Assembly: GCA_002784045.1 (NCBI GenBank)
Contig: PFJX01000113.1
Span: forward strand, 2,619-66,618
Length of the DNA stretch: 64,000 bases
From: Hydrogenophilales bacterium CG_4_10_14_3_um_filter_63_21
GTDB taxonomy: Bacteria > Pseudomonadota > Gammaproteobacteria > Burkholderiales > Thiobacillaceae
Direction: 5' to 3'
Under the pieces are notes generated by a model, which saw nothing but the letters and a program-made list of their open reading frames with translations, had not been told where the DNA came from and ran no database searches. Both the position numbers and the translations under genes were made by a program. The first letter of the stretch is position 1. The number at the start of each line of letters is the position of its first letter. This document shows positions 1 to 8,597 of the stretch, piece after piece.

Positions 1-319
1 AATTGCCCGCGATCATCTTGCCCCCATTGGGCAGGCAGTCGGCGTAGGTCTTGCCACTCTTCAAGGGCGTGTTCCACAGCTTTTCGCCCTTCTCAAGTTC
101 GCTCAGGTAGGGGGGAAATTCCATGATGCTGTTGTACTGGGATTTCGCATCCGGATCGAACGCCAGCGCGCTGTAGATGTAGTCGTCAAACTTGAGGTCG
201 GGATACTTGTTTTTGAAATAGCTGACGAGCTTTTGCCGATCTTCTTCCGGGCCCGCATAAGCGGAAAACGCGCCCACCAAGATGCCCAGGCCGGCCAGTG
301 CAATAACGATTTTCTTCAT
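1..319 (-). CDS. soxA: SoxA-like c-type cytochrome, N-terminal part only (gene runs off the left edge)
   Basis: Absent from the ORF track because it is open at the window edge. Hand translation of the minus strand from ATG 319 gives MKKIVIALAGLGILVGAFSAYAGPEEDRQKLVSYFKNKYPDLKFDDYIYSALAFDPDAKSQYNSIMEFPPYLSELEKGEKLWNTPLKSGKTYADCLPNGGKMIAGN. It has a signal peptide and lies 29 nt downstream of soxX on the same strand. The SoxA resemblance is from memory, and the haem motifs lie outside the window. Confidence 0.6.
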   Translation of the reverse strand, partial: MKKIVIALAGLGILVGAFSAYAGPEEDRQKLVSYFKNKYPDLKFDDYIYSALAFDPDAKSQYNSIMEFPPYLSELEKGEKLWNTPLKSGKTYADCLPNGGKMIAGN

Positions 320-348
320 GCCATTCTCCAAAATTCGTGATGGTGGGG

Positions 349-690
349 TTACAGGCCGTAGAGAAATTCGACCACCTTGTCGATTTCTTGTTCAGTCAGT
401 ATTTGATGCTTGCCCATCGGTGGCATGAAGGATTCCGGGTTGCTCGCGGTGGCATCCCAGATCTTGGCGCGCAACACTTTCTTATCAGGGAAACGGGCTT
501 GCATGGCGATCAGCGGCGGGCCGCTTTCGCCGGGTTGCTCGGCATCGGGTAGCGTGGGCATGCCATGGCAGGCCAGGCAGTTGCCCTTGGAACGGTTGAA
601 GGCAATATCCTTGCCGGTTTCGGCGGCATAAGCCGAGCTGGCGAGCAGGGTGGCCAGCACCGCGGTGATGATGGAAGTGCGTTTCCGCAT
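349..690 (-). CDS. soxX: SoxX-like monohaem cytochrome c
   Basis: ORF 349..837 trimmed to ATG 690 (MRKRTSIITAVLATLLASSAYA signal peptide, AAGGAGA upstream). It has a single CLACH haem c motif, is about 113 aa, and is followed directly by soxA. Confidence 0.75.
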   Translation of the reverse strand: MRKRTSIITAVLATLLASSAYAAETGKDIAFNRSKGNCLACHGMPTLPDAEQPGESGPPLIAMQARFPDKKVLRAKIWDATASNPESFMPPMGKHQILTEQEIDKVVEFLYGL

Positions 691-797
691 GTCGTCTCCT
701 TCCTTGTGGTCGATTACAAAAAGTCTCCGTCCGGCTTCCCCCGAACGAAGGTCACGCTTCAGCGGGGACCGAGAATAGGGGGGATGTGGCTCACCAC

Positions 798-818
798 GCA
801 ATGCGAGTTGCTCGCATT
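798..818. promoter_or_regulatory. Perfect 9-3-9 palindrome caatgcgag-ttg-ctcgcattg upstream of soxXA
   Basis: Read directly from the sequence. It lies about 110-130 nt upstream of the soxX start, so it could be an operator or a leader hairpin. Confidence 0.3.
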
Positions 819-870
819 GGTACGATATAAGCGACACAAAAGTATGTTGCTACCAAGGTGCGAGAGGGGC

Positions 871-1087
871 GCGTAGGTCAGGTTGCGGCTTTATCGCTAC
901 CTGACACTTGCGAACGTCAGGTAGACGCTATGTAACTCGACATGGCTCGGTCGGAGCCACCCCATGCCATGAAACAACGACGTAGGTTGGGCGGAGGGAC
1001 GAAGCCCAACAACGGTGCGGCTGGTGTGGGGATGTTGGGCTTCGTTCCTCCGCCCAACCTACGCGTCAACCTGACCTCGGGTCTCCA
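871..1087. repeat. Nested REP/REPIN cluster (GTAG-headed palindromic units)
   Basis: Outer inverted repeat ggtcaggttg (876-885) / caacctgacc (1078-1087). Hairpin ctacctgac...gtcaggtag (897-924). Inner doublet cgtaggttgggcggagggacgaagcccaaca (991-1021) versus tgttgggcttcgttcctccgcccaacctacg (1043-1073) has 31-bp arms with 1 mismatch. It is intergenic between the soxX upstream region and the bepA stop. Confidence 0.75.
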
Positions 1088-1096
1088 GTTTGCGTA

Positions 1097-2515
1097 TCAT
1101 TTTTCCGCTTTCGCCGCCTGCTGCCGCTGTTTCATCTCGCGCAGGCGGGCGTCGATGATCGAGAGCGTGTAGAAGTCCGCGCCACCGGACTTCTGCGCCA
1201 GTTGTAACTGCTCGATGGCCGCATTCTGGCGATCCTGCAAGGCATAGGACTCGGCTTGCGCCAGATGCGATTGCGTCAGTTCACCCAGCGCCTGGTGGGC
1301 TTCGGCCAGGAGGGCATACAGCCTCGCGTCGGCAAACCAGGTACGTTGCTGTTCGCCGACGAAGATCAACGCCTCGCGTGGCTTGCCGGCGGCGAGCAGG
1401 GCGTGGGCATAGAGATAGGCCAGCGGGCGGTAGCTGGCGTGCGCGGGCATGGCGCGCGCCAGCAACTCGATTGCCTGCGAGGGTTGCCGCTCATTCAGCG
1501 CCAGTTCCGCCTTGAGGGCCAACACCACGGGGGAGGTGGCTTTGCTGGAATCCAACCTGGCTAGCGCCGTGTGCGCGCGTTCCGGTTTGCCGGCGCGCAG
1601 GGCCGCGCGGGCCAGGCCATACCAGGCGGCAGGGTCCGGATTGGCCTGAACCTGGGCTTCGAAGCGGCGTAGCGCATCGGCCGCTTCGCCTTCATTGGCT
1701 TGAATGCGCGCCCGTACCAGCAAAAATTCAAGGCTGTTGGCATGTTGTTTGTAGGGCAACTGCGCCACCCGATTCTGCATGTCGGCGATGCGCTGGTAAG
1801 TCAGCGGGTGGGTGCGCAGGTAGGCCGGCGCGTTGTTCTCATAAAGGCGCCCCTGCGACTGTAGGCGTTCGAAGAAAGTCACCATGCCCAGCGGCGCGAA
1901 ACCGGCATCATTCAGGATCTGAAGCCCGACGCGATCCGCCTCGCGCTCGTGTTCACGGGTGAAATCGAGTTGGTTCTGGATGTTCATCGCCTGCGCCGTT
2001 GCGATCACCGCCTCCGACGCCTGGCTGTTGGAACGCGCGGCCAGAATCGCCACCGCCAGGGCAGCCAGGGTGGCGATGCCGCTGAGTTGCTGGGAACCCA
2101 CCATGCGGGCGATGTGATGTTGGGTGACGTGGGCGAGTTCGTGGGAGAGCACGCCGGCCAGTTCGGATTCGTTGCGTGTGGCGGAAACCAGCCCGGTATG
2201 CACGCCGATAAAACCGCCGGGCAGGGCGAAGGCGTTGATGCTGGAGTCGCGCACCGGAAAGAACTCGTAATGCCGCCCTGGTTCGGGTGAGGCGGAGGCC
2301 AGCTTGTCGCCCAGGTTCGCCAGGTAATCTTCCAGAACCGGGTCGTCCAGATAGTCGGCGTCGTCGCGGACCTGGCGCATGATTTCCCGGCCGATCTGGT
2401 CCTCCTGGGATTCGGACAGGGTGGCACGGCTGGAATCGCCCAGATCGGGCAGGCCGGCGGCAACCACAGAATGAACGCTGAAGACAAGCAGGAGGGCGGC
2501 GGCGGTGGCTTTCAT
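1097..2515 (-). CDS. bepA: Periplasmic M48 zinc metalloprotease with C-terminal TPR repeats (BepA/YfgC-like)
   Basis: ORF 1097..2554. HELAHV zinc motif. The likely start is ATG 2515 (MKATAAALLLVFSVHSVVA signal peptide). The C-terminal half is TPR-like and Ala/Leu-rich. Confidence 0.8.
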   Translation of the reverse strand: MKATAAALLLVFSVHSVVAAGLPDLGDSSRATLSESQEDQIGREIMRQVRDDADYLDDPVLEDYLANLGDKLASASPEPGRHYEFFPVRDSSINAFALPGGFIGVHTGLVSATRNESELAGVLSHELAHVTQHHIARMVGSQQLSGIATLAALAVAILAARSNSQASEAVIATAQAMNIQNQLDFTREHEREADRVGLQILNDAGFAPLGMVTFFERLQSQGRLYENNAPAYLRTHPLTYQRIADMQNRVAQLPYKQHANSLEFLLVRARIQANEGEAADALRRFEAQVQANPDPAAWYGLARAALRAGKPERAHTALARLDSSKATSPVVLALKAELALNERQPSQAIELLARAMPAHASYRPLAYLYAHALLAAGKPREALIFVGEQQRTWFADARLYALLAEAHQALGELTQSHLAQAESYALQDRQNAAIEQLQLAQKSGGADFYTLSIIDARLREMKQRQQAAKAEK

Positions 2516-2559
2516 GGCGGGTATGATAGCGGCCCTTTTGCACTGGTTCCCCACGCGCC

Positions 2560-3063
2560 ATGAACAAATCCTTGGGCGACTTGACTCACTTTGATGAACA
2601 GGGCCGCGCCGTGATGGTCGGTGTCGGCGAGAAGGCGGAAACCCGGCGCGTGGCTGTCGCCGCCGGCCGCATTCGCATGCAGCCCGCGACCTTCGCCATG
2701 ATCCGCGACGGCGCCGCCAAGAAAGGCGATGTGATCGGTGTCGCGCGCCTGGCCGGCATCATGGCCAGCAAACGCACGCCTGACCTGATCCCGCTCTGCC
2801 ACCCCATCGCATTGACCCGGGTGACGCTGGAGTTCACGCTGATCGATGCCGCCTCGGCCATCGACTGCGCCGCCACGGCGGAAACCGTTGGCCGCACCGG
2901 TGTCGAGATGGAGGCCCTCACCGCCGCCAGCGTCGCCCTGCTCACCATCTATGACATGTGCAAAGCGGTGGATCGCGGCATGGTCATCGAATCGGTGCGC
3001 CTGCTAGAAAAGCTGGGCGGCAAGTCCGGGCATTGGCGCGCGCCTGTCGACAATCCTCTATGA
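2560..3063 (+). CDS. moaC: Cyclic pyranopterin monophosphate synthase MoaC
   Basis: 167 aa with ...[32 protein letters not shown]..., typical of MoaC. Confidence 0.9.
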   Translation: MNKSLGDLTHFDEQGRAVMVGVGEKAETRRVAVAAGRIRMQPATFAMIRDGAAKKGDVIGVARLAGIMASKRTPDLIPLCHPIALTRVTLEFTLIDAASAIDCAATAETVGRTGVEMEALTAASVALLTIYDMCKAVDRGMVIESVRLLEKLGGKSGHWRAPVDNPL

Positions 3064-3170
3064 AGACAATAAAGTCTTTATAAACATTGGGTTATTGCAT
3101 TCTATCGGGGCTCTGCTAAACAATAATCAGGCTGTATGACAGCCCATTTACCCACTTGAGGAGAATGGAA

Positions 3171-3536
3171 ATGCTCGATATCAACAAACTGGTTGCTGCT
3201 GAAAGCATGGCGCCCTGCGATGCGGACGCTTTTCTTAACGACCTGGAGCCCTGGAGCGAAGATAGGGCTCGCAAAGCCGCTCACGAAGAAGGAATCGGTC
3301 TGACGGACGCACATATGGATGTGATCTGTTATCTGCGTGACCACTTTGCCGAGTGTGGCCCGGAAACCAACGCCCGTAGCCTGCTGCGCAGTCTGGAAGA
3401 GGCTTATATCGAGCAGGGTGGACGCAAATATCTGTATCAACTGTTCCCACGCGGCCCGGTTACCCAGGGCTGCCGTTTGGCCGGCCTGCCCACGCCAGCC
3501 GGTAACGCCGATCTTTCCTTCGGCACGAGCCACTGA
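3171..3536 (+). CDS. DsrC/TusE-family protein lacking the penultimate C-terminal cysteine
   Basis: ORF 3156..3536. GAGGAG at 3158-3163 favours ATG 3171. The DsrC-like core is DVICYLRDHF...YLYQLFPRGPVTQGCRLAGLPTPAG. The C-terminal arm ends NADLSFGTSH instead of PKPTGCV. Confidence 0.75.
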   Translation: MLDINKLVAAESMAPCDADAFLNDLEPWSEDRARKAAHEEGIGLTDAHMDVICYLRDHFAECGPETNARSLLRSLEEAYIEQGGRKYLYQLFPRGPVTQGCRLAGLPTPAGNADLSFGTSH

Positions 3537-3554
3537 GTCACGTCAGTGGAAAGG

Positions 3555-3581
3555 AAAACGGCCCCGGAAGGGGCCGTTTTT
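3555..3581. terminator. Bidirectional rho-independent terminator
   Basis: aaaacggcccc-ggaa-ggggccgtttt is flanked by A and T runs and sits between convergent genes ending at 3536 (+) and 3596 (-). Confidence 0.8.
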
Positions 3582-3595
3582 CATCAACGAGGCGG

Positions 3596-3883
3596 CTATT
3601 TGATCCGCCCCATCGTTTTCATCACCACGCAGGGATCGCCGGAAATGGGGGGCAGCGCCACCCCTCGTACCTTGGCGCGCTGGTCCAGTTCCAGGTTGTG
3701 CGCATTCATGAAGGCACGGCACTCGTCCATCGACTTCATATTGGGCAGTTTGCTCGCGTAGTCCTTGCGTTCCGTGGGCGTCATCAAATCGGCGCCACGG
3801 ATATGGTCGCCCGAGGAATACCACGGGAAAGCCAGTGCCTGGCCGGCGCAAAAAAGGATGGGGAAAATCAGAAGTTTTTTCAT
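3596..3883 (-). CDS. Small secreted hypothetical protein (95 aa)
   Basis: ORF 3596..4051 trimmed to ATG 3883 (MKKLLIFPILFCAGQALA signal peptide). I recognise no family. Confidence 0.55.
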   Translation of the reverse strand: MKKLLIFPILFCAGQALAFPWYSSGDHIRGADLMTPTERKDYASKLPNMKSMDECRAFMNAHNLELDQRAKVRGVALPPISGDPCVVMKTMGRIK

Positions 3884-3951
3884 GGTCTGCAAAAAAATAG
3901 CCCTGGTTTGAACCAGGGCAAGTGTAGCCGAGTGGACGATTGAGTGTGGCG

Positions 3952-4284
3952 TCAAACGCACCCAGTCGGTTTCGGTGTGCCGGCGTAACGGCCAGCCTGC
4001 TTGGCGGGGCCGTAGGGAAACAGGTCGAAAAGAAATTTCTTGTCGCCCCATTCGGCGCCGAACTCGTCCTTCAGGCCCTTCTGCAAAATGCGCAGATTGG
4101 GCGCGGTGCCGTGTTCGTTGAAGTAGTCGCGCATGTAGTGAATGATCTTCCAGTGGTTTTCTGCCAGGGTCAGCTTGTCCTGCGATGCCAGAAATTCCGC
4201 CACATCCTCGGCCCAGTCACCCAGGTTGGCCAGATAGCCCTCGGGATCAGTCTCGATCATCCTTCCATTGATTTCCAGTTCCAT
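3952..4284 (-). CDS. tusE: TusE/DsrC-family sulfur carrier with C-terminal ...PKPTGCV
   Basis: ORF 3952..4329 trimmed to ATG 4284 (MELEINGRMIETDPEGYL...). The C-terminus is FPYGPAKQAGRYAGTPKPTGCV. The penultimate Cys is present, and the upstream second Cys position is Gly. Confidence 0.8.
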   Translation of the reverse strand: MELEINGRMIETDPEGYLANLGDWAEDVAEFLASQDKLTLAENHWKIIHYMRDYFNEHGTAPNLRILQKGLKDEFGAEWGDKKFLFDLFPYGPAKQAGRYAGTPKPTGCV

Positions 4285-4338
4285 GTTGCTTCCTCTCTCT
4301 TTGTTGCCGCAAGCGCGGTACGCCTCCAATATACTTAA

Positions 4339-4359
4339 ACTTGACTTATTAAGTCAAGT
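4339..4359. promoter_or_regulatory. 21-bp perfect palindrome acttgactta-t-taagtcaagt (operator-like)
   Basis: Read directly. It lies in an AT-rich divergent intergenic region, 55-75 nt upstream of the tusE-like start and about 90 nt upstream of lolC. Confidence 0.4.
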
Positions 4360-4449
4360 ATATTTTTAGACTCTGTTCGTGATCAAAGGCAGGCTGTTGG
4401 TGCGCTCAACCTACCTGGTAGCGCCCGCCTGTGGCAGACTCCGGCCCCC

Positions 4450-5694
4450 ATGCTGCCCTACGAACTCGCCATCGGCCTGCGCTATACCCGCGCCAAGCGC
4501 CGCAACCACTTTATTTCCTTTATCTCCATGACCTCGATGGCGGGCATTGCCCTCGGGGTGATGGCGCTGATTGTGGTGCTCTCCGTGATGAACGGTTTCC
4601 AGGAGGAATTGCGCGACCGCATTCTGGGGGTGGCCGCGCACATGGAAATCAGCGGGCCAGGTGGGCAACTGGCGGACTGGCCGAAGCTGGCGCGGCAGGT
4701 GGCAAAGCATCCGGAAGTGCGTGGCATGGCGCCTTATGTCTCCGGCCAGGCGCTGCTGGCGCTGGGCAGCGAGACCAAGGGGACGCTGATCCGCGGCCTG
4801 CTGCCGGAGGAAGAAAACAAGGTGGCGGAGTTCGCCAGGAAAATGACCAGCGGGCGCTTGGCCGACCTGAAGCCCGGTGAATTCGGCATCGTCCTGGGTG
4901 CTGATCTGGCGCGTTCCCTGGGCGCGTTCAAGGGCGACAAGCTGGCGCTGATTGCGCCGCAAGGCGTGGTGACGCCGGCCGGTATGCTGCCGCGGATCAA
5001 GCAATTCACCGTGGTGGGCATCTTCCGCATGGGCATGTTCGAGTATGACGCGGGGCTGGCCCTGATCCATCTCCAGGATGCGCAGAAGTTGTATCGGCTG
5101 GGCGGCAACGTCTCCGGCTTGCGCGTGAAACTGGCCGACATGGAGCGCGCGCCCTGGGTACTGCGGGAGCTCGCGAAAACCCTGCATGGCGATTACCTCC
5201 TGTCCGACTGGAGCATGAGCCACACCAACTTCTTCCAGGCGGTGCAGATCGAAAAACGCATGATGTTCATCATCCTCATCCTGATCGTCGCGGTGGCCGC
5301 TTTCAACATCGTCTCCACGCTGGTCATGGCGGTCACCGACAAGCAGGCCGATATCGCCATCCTGCGCACACTGGGTGCCAGGCCCGCGAGCATCATGGCC
5401 ATTTTCATGGTCCAGGGTAGCTTGATCGGCGTGGTCGGCACGCTGCTGGGGGTGGCTTCCGGCGTGCTACTCGCGCTCAACGTGGAGACCGTGGTGCCCT
5501 TGATCGAGCGGGCGGTGGGCATGGACCTGTTTCCGGCCGACGTTTATTACATCTCGAAACTGCCCTCGAAACTGATCTGGGGCGATGTGGCGACGATCGG
5601 CCTGGTCGCCCTGGTGCTCGCCTTCCTGGCGACGCTTTATCCGAGTTGGCGCGCGGCCCGAGTGCAACCGGCGGAGGCGCTCAGGTATGAGTGA
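4450..5694 (+). CDS. lolC: Lipoprotein-releasing system permease LolC/LolE family
   Basis: 414 aa with an FtsX-type permease layout. It is followed by lolD with an 8-nt overlap. Confidence 0.85.
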   Translation: MLPYELAIGLRYTRAKRRNHFISFISMTSMAGIALGVMALIVVLSVMNGFQEELRDRILGVAAHMEISGPGGQLADWPKLARQVAKHPEVRGMAPYVSGQALLALGSETKGTLIRGLLPEEENKVAEFARKMTSGRLADLKPGEFGIVLGADLARSLGAFKGDKLALIAPQGVVTPAGMLPRIKQFTVVGIFRMGMFEYDAGLALIHLQDAQKLYRLGGNVSGLRVKLADMERAPWVLRELAKTLHGDYLLSDWSMSHTNFFQAVQIEKRMMFIILILIVAVAAFNIVSTLVMAVTDKQADIAILRTLGARPASIMAIFMVQGSLIGVVGTLLGVASGVLLALNVETVVPLIERAVGMDLFPADVYYISKLPSKLIWGDVATIGLVALVLAFLATLYPSWRAARVQPAEALRYE

Positions 5695-6376
5695 GGGGCA
5701 AGCGGCCGTGTTGGCCTGTAGCGGGCTGCGCAAGAGCTACTGGCAGGGGCCGCTGGAAGTGCCGGTGCTGGACGGCGTCGATCTGATCGTTGCGCGTGGC
5801 GAGCACATCGCGGTGATGGGGGCTTCAGGCGCGGGGAAAAGTACCTTGCTGCATGTGCTGGGCGGCCTGGACCGGCCCGATGCCGGCACCGTCACGGTGG
5901 CGGGTGAGGCAATCTGGTCGCTCTCGGAACTGGCGCGCGGCCGCTTGCGCAATCGGGCGTTGGGCTTCGTCTACCAGTTTCACCACCTGCTGGCCGAGTT
6001 CACCGCCCTGGAAAATGTCGCCATGCCGTTGTTGATCCGCCGCCAGGAGCGCGCAAGCGCCTTGGCCGAAGCGGGCCGGCGGCTGCAAGAAGTGGGCCTT
6101 GGCCATCGTATGGCGCACCGTCCCGGCGAACTCTCCGGCGGCGAGCGCCAGCGCGCCGCCATCGCTCGCGCCCTGGTCACGCAACCGGCCTGTGTGCTGA
6201 TGGACGAACCCACCGGCAACCTGGACCGGCAAAGCGCCGGCCGCATCCAGGATCTGCTCATGGACCTCTCGCTGCGTCACGGCACCGCCTTCCTGGTCGT
6301 CACCCACGACCCCGACCTGGCCGCGCGCCTGGGGCGAGTGCTGCATTTGACCGATGGCATTTTGGCGCCGGCCTGA
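5687..6376 (+). CDS. lolD: Lipoprotein-releasing system ATP-binding protein LolD
   Basis: ORF 5585..6376 trimmed to ATG 5687 ([11 protein letters not shown]...). Walker [10 protein letters not shown], signature LSGGERQR, Walker B VLMDEP. Confidence 0.85.
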   Translation: MSEGQAAVLACSGLRKSYWQGPLEVPVLDGVDLIVARGEHIAVMGASGAGKSTLLHVLGGLDRPDAGTVTVAGEAIWSLSELARGRLRNRALGFVYQFHHLLAEFTALENVAMPLLIRRQERASALAEAGRRLQEVGLGHRMAHRPGELSGGERQRAAIARALVTQPACVLMDEPTGNLDRQSAGRIQDLLMDLSLRHGTAFLVVTHDPDLAARLGRVLHLTDGILAPA

Positions 6377-6496
6377 GGGCTGGTATCCTGAGCGCTGGCT
6401 GGTATGAAAACCGGAATCGCGTGGTGCGCTATCGTTTACCCCATCCCACGGACCGGTTGACACGAACCTACGGCCGTTCTCTTTTTGGAGATTGCC

Positions 6497-7000
6497 ATGC
6501 GCTTCACCCTTGTCGGATTGATTTTGTTGCTCGCAACCCCCGCCTGGGGCGTTGATTTACCCCCCGACGCCAGCGTGAGTGGCGGCAAGACGATGGCGGC
6601 GAAAGTCATCGTCAACAGCGGCCGCTTGGCATGGACACCCTATAAACGCGATCTTGGCCGCTGGCTGACGCTGAGTTATCAGGACCGGCGCGCTACCCCG
6701 GAGCCGACCCCCTTCGAAATGAAGGCGCCGACGAATGGCGACGCCGCGCGCGGCAAGGCGCTGGCCTGGCAGTGGTGCATTACCTGCCACACCCTGCCGG
6801 GCGACGACTGGCCGGGTACCGTGGGCGGCCCGATGGCCAAGTACAAGCAGTTCAAGCATCCCGATGCCCTGGTGTTCCAGCAAATCTTTGATGCCCGCAT
6901 CTTCAACCCCAACACCGTGATGCCGGCCTACGGCACTTTCGGGCTGCTGGCCGAACAGGACATCCGCGATCTCGTGGCCTACCTGCAAAACCTCGAGTGA
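6497..7000 (+). CDS. soxX: SoxX-like cytochrome c, long form
   Basis: ORF 6485..7000 (TTG). GGAGA at 6486-6490 favours ATG 6497 (MRFTLVGLILLLATPAWG). It has a single CITCH motif and a ...NPNTVMPAYG...DLVAYL tail like SoxX. The mature N-terminal extension is about 50 aa longer than in copy 1. Confidence 0.65.
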   Translation: MRFTLVGLILLLATPAWGVDLPPDASVSGGKTMAAKVIVNSGRLAWTPYKRDLGRWLTLSYQDRRATPEPTPFEMKAPTNGDAARGKALAWQWCITCHTLPGDDWPGTVGGPMAKYKQFKHPDALVFQQIFDARIFNPNTVMPAYGTFGLLAEQDIRDLVAYLQNLE

Positions 7001-7010
7001 GGTGGACTTT

Positions 7011-7889
7011 ATGAAAACCCTGTTCTCCATTCTTGCCGCGGTCACCTCGTTTGCCGCCCTCGCGCAGCCGGAAATTCCCTACCGCGAATACGAGCCGCTC
7101 GACCAGTACGAACCGCATGTCTCTGGTGATCTCAAGCTGTCCGGTTCTTACCAGTACTGGAAAGATCCGGCCAAGCTGGATTACCGCATGGCGGGCAATC
7201 CGGACGAGAACTGGAAACTCAACTGGAAGTTCATGGACCCGCCGTTCAACCAGGCGGTGCATGGCGGCCATTTCGCGCTGGATCGCGGCGAAAAGTTGTT
7301 CAAGCAACTCGATGCGCATCACCGCTTCGCCGTCTGTCTGGGCGCCAAAAAGGGCAAGCTCAAGCACCTGCGCGCCGGCTATCCGCGCTGGCGCGATGAT
7401 CTGAAGCATGTCGCCGGCCTGGAGGAAGCCATCGAATATTGCGGCGCCAGACAGGGCCGCGTGTTGCAGAACGGTAGCTACGACAACAGCGCGATTTCCC
7501 TTTACCTCGCCAGCCTCGGCAACGGCCAGCCGATCGCTATCGACGTCGCCAAGGGGCCGCTGAAAGAGGCCTTCGAGCGCGGCCGCCACTTGTTCCATAC
7601 CCGGGTGGGCGCCTTCAACTTTTCCTGCTCTTCCTGCCACACCCATAACATCGGCAAGCGTCTGCGCGGCAACGTCATCACCACCCCTTATGGAGACGCC
7701 GCCCACTACCCGGTCTATCGCACGCAATTCGTGCTGCAATCGCTGCACCTGCGTTTTGCCGAATGCAACCTGGATACCCGCACCCAGCCTCTGTTGCCGG
7801 GCAGCCAGCCGTATACCGATCTGGAAGTATTCATGACCGCGCTGACCAACGGCTACCCGATCAGCGTGCCGGCCGAGCGCGACTGGTAA
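7011..7889 (+). CDS. soxA: SoxA-like monohaem cytochrome c
   Basis: ORF 7002..7889 (GTG); ATG 7011 begins MKTLFSILAAVTSFAALA. It has a single CSSCH motif and a downstream RFAECN cysteine, consistent with the SoxA Cys haem ligand. It directly follows soxX. Confidence 0.65.
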   Translation: MKTLFSILAAVTSFAALAQPEIPYREYEPLDQYEPHVSGDLKLSGSYQYWKDPAKLDYRMAGNPDENWKLNWKFMDPPFNQAVHGGHFALDRGEKLFKQLDAHHRFAVCLGAKKGKLKHLRAGYPRWRDDLKHVAGLEEAIEYCGARQGRVLQNGSYDNSAISLYLASLGNGQPIAIDVAKGPLKEAFERGRHLFHTRVGAFNFSCSSCHTHNIGKRLRGNVITTPYGDAAHYPVYRTQFVLQSLHLRFAECNLDTRTQPLLPGSQPYTDLEVFMTALTNGYPISVPAERDW

Positions 7890-8435
7890 TCAGCGCGGGC
7901 GCTGCCGGCGGCGGCGCAGATAGGCCAGGATGTATAGCCGCCAGGCGACTTGCACACCGGCATAGCCGAGCACCGCGAGCAAGCAGGCCAGGATCAAATC
8001 GCCGATCAGGAAGGTTTCACCCAAGCCCAGCAGCCACTGTCCGAAAGCCGGCGGGAAGTCGCTCCAGGGCTGGCTATGCCAGTCGAATGCGAATTCCTGG
8101 TAGCCAGCGCCCTGGCCACCGGTCACCCAACTGCCGATGCCATATGCGGCCAGGATCAATGGCGGCCAGGTAAACGGGTTGGTATAGAGCGTGGTGATGA
8201 CCGCCACCGGCAGGTTGACCCGGAACACGATCGCCAGAATCGCCGCGATGCCCATCTGCACCGGGCCCGGTGCCAGGCCGCCGAACAGCCCCGCCGCCAG
8301 CCCCCCGGCCACCGAATGGCGGTTCAGATGCCACAGGTTGGGATGTTTGAGCAGCGCCTGGAACGGACGCAGCAGGCGGTGATCGCGCACTGTGGCGTGA
8401 TCCGGGAGATATTTGCGGAAGAATTTGCGCGGCAT
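7890..8435 (-). CDS. DUF2062-family membrane protein
   Basis: 181 aa. MPRKFFRKYLPDHATVRDHRLLRPF...HPNLWHLNRHSVAGG... matches the DUF2062 N-terminal signature from memory. Confidence 0.7.
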   Translation of the reverse strand: MPRKFFRKYLPDHATVRDHRLLRPFQALLKHPNLWHLNRHSVAGGLAAGLFGGLAPGPVQMGIAAILAIVFRVNLPVAVITTLYTNPFTWPPLILAAYGIGSWVTGGQGAGYQEFAFDWHSQPWSDFPPAFGQWLLGLGETFLIGDLILACLLAVLGYAGVQVAWRLYILAYLRRRRQRPR

Positions 8436-8597
8436 GGCGGGATTCTATGAGGAAGCTCAAGGGAAGCAATCGGCTCGCGACCGCAGATCGTTTGCAAGTG
8501 GCACGGAAGCGCGCCTAACGGCCATGGCTTTGATGCCGCCCCGGAGGATGAAACCGGGGGCGAGCTTGTTTCACGCTAACCTGAAAACGCCCCACCC

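Noticed and set aside
6456-6484. TTGACA upstream of the second soxX as a sigma-70 promoter
   Set aside because: No acceptable -10 hexamer occurs at 16-18 nt spacing (tctttt), so the promoter is not supported.
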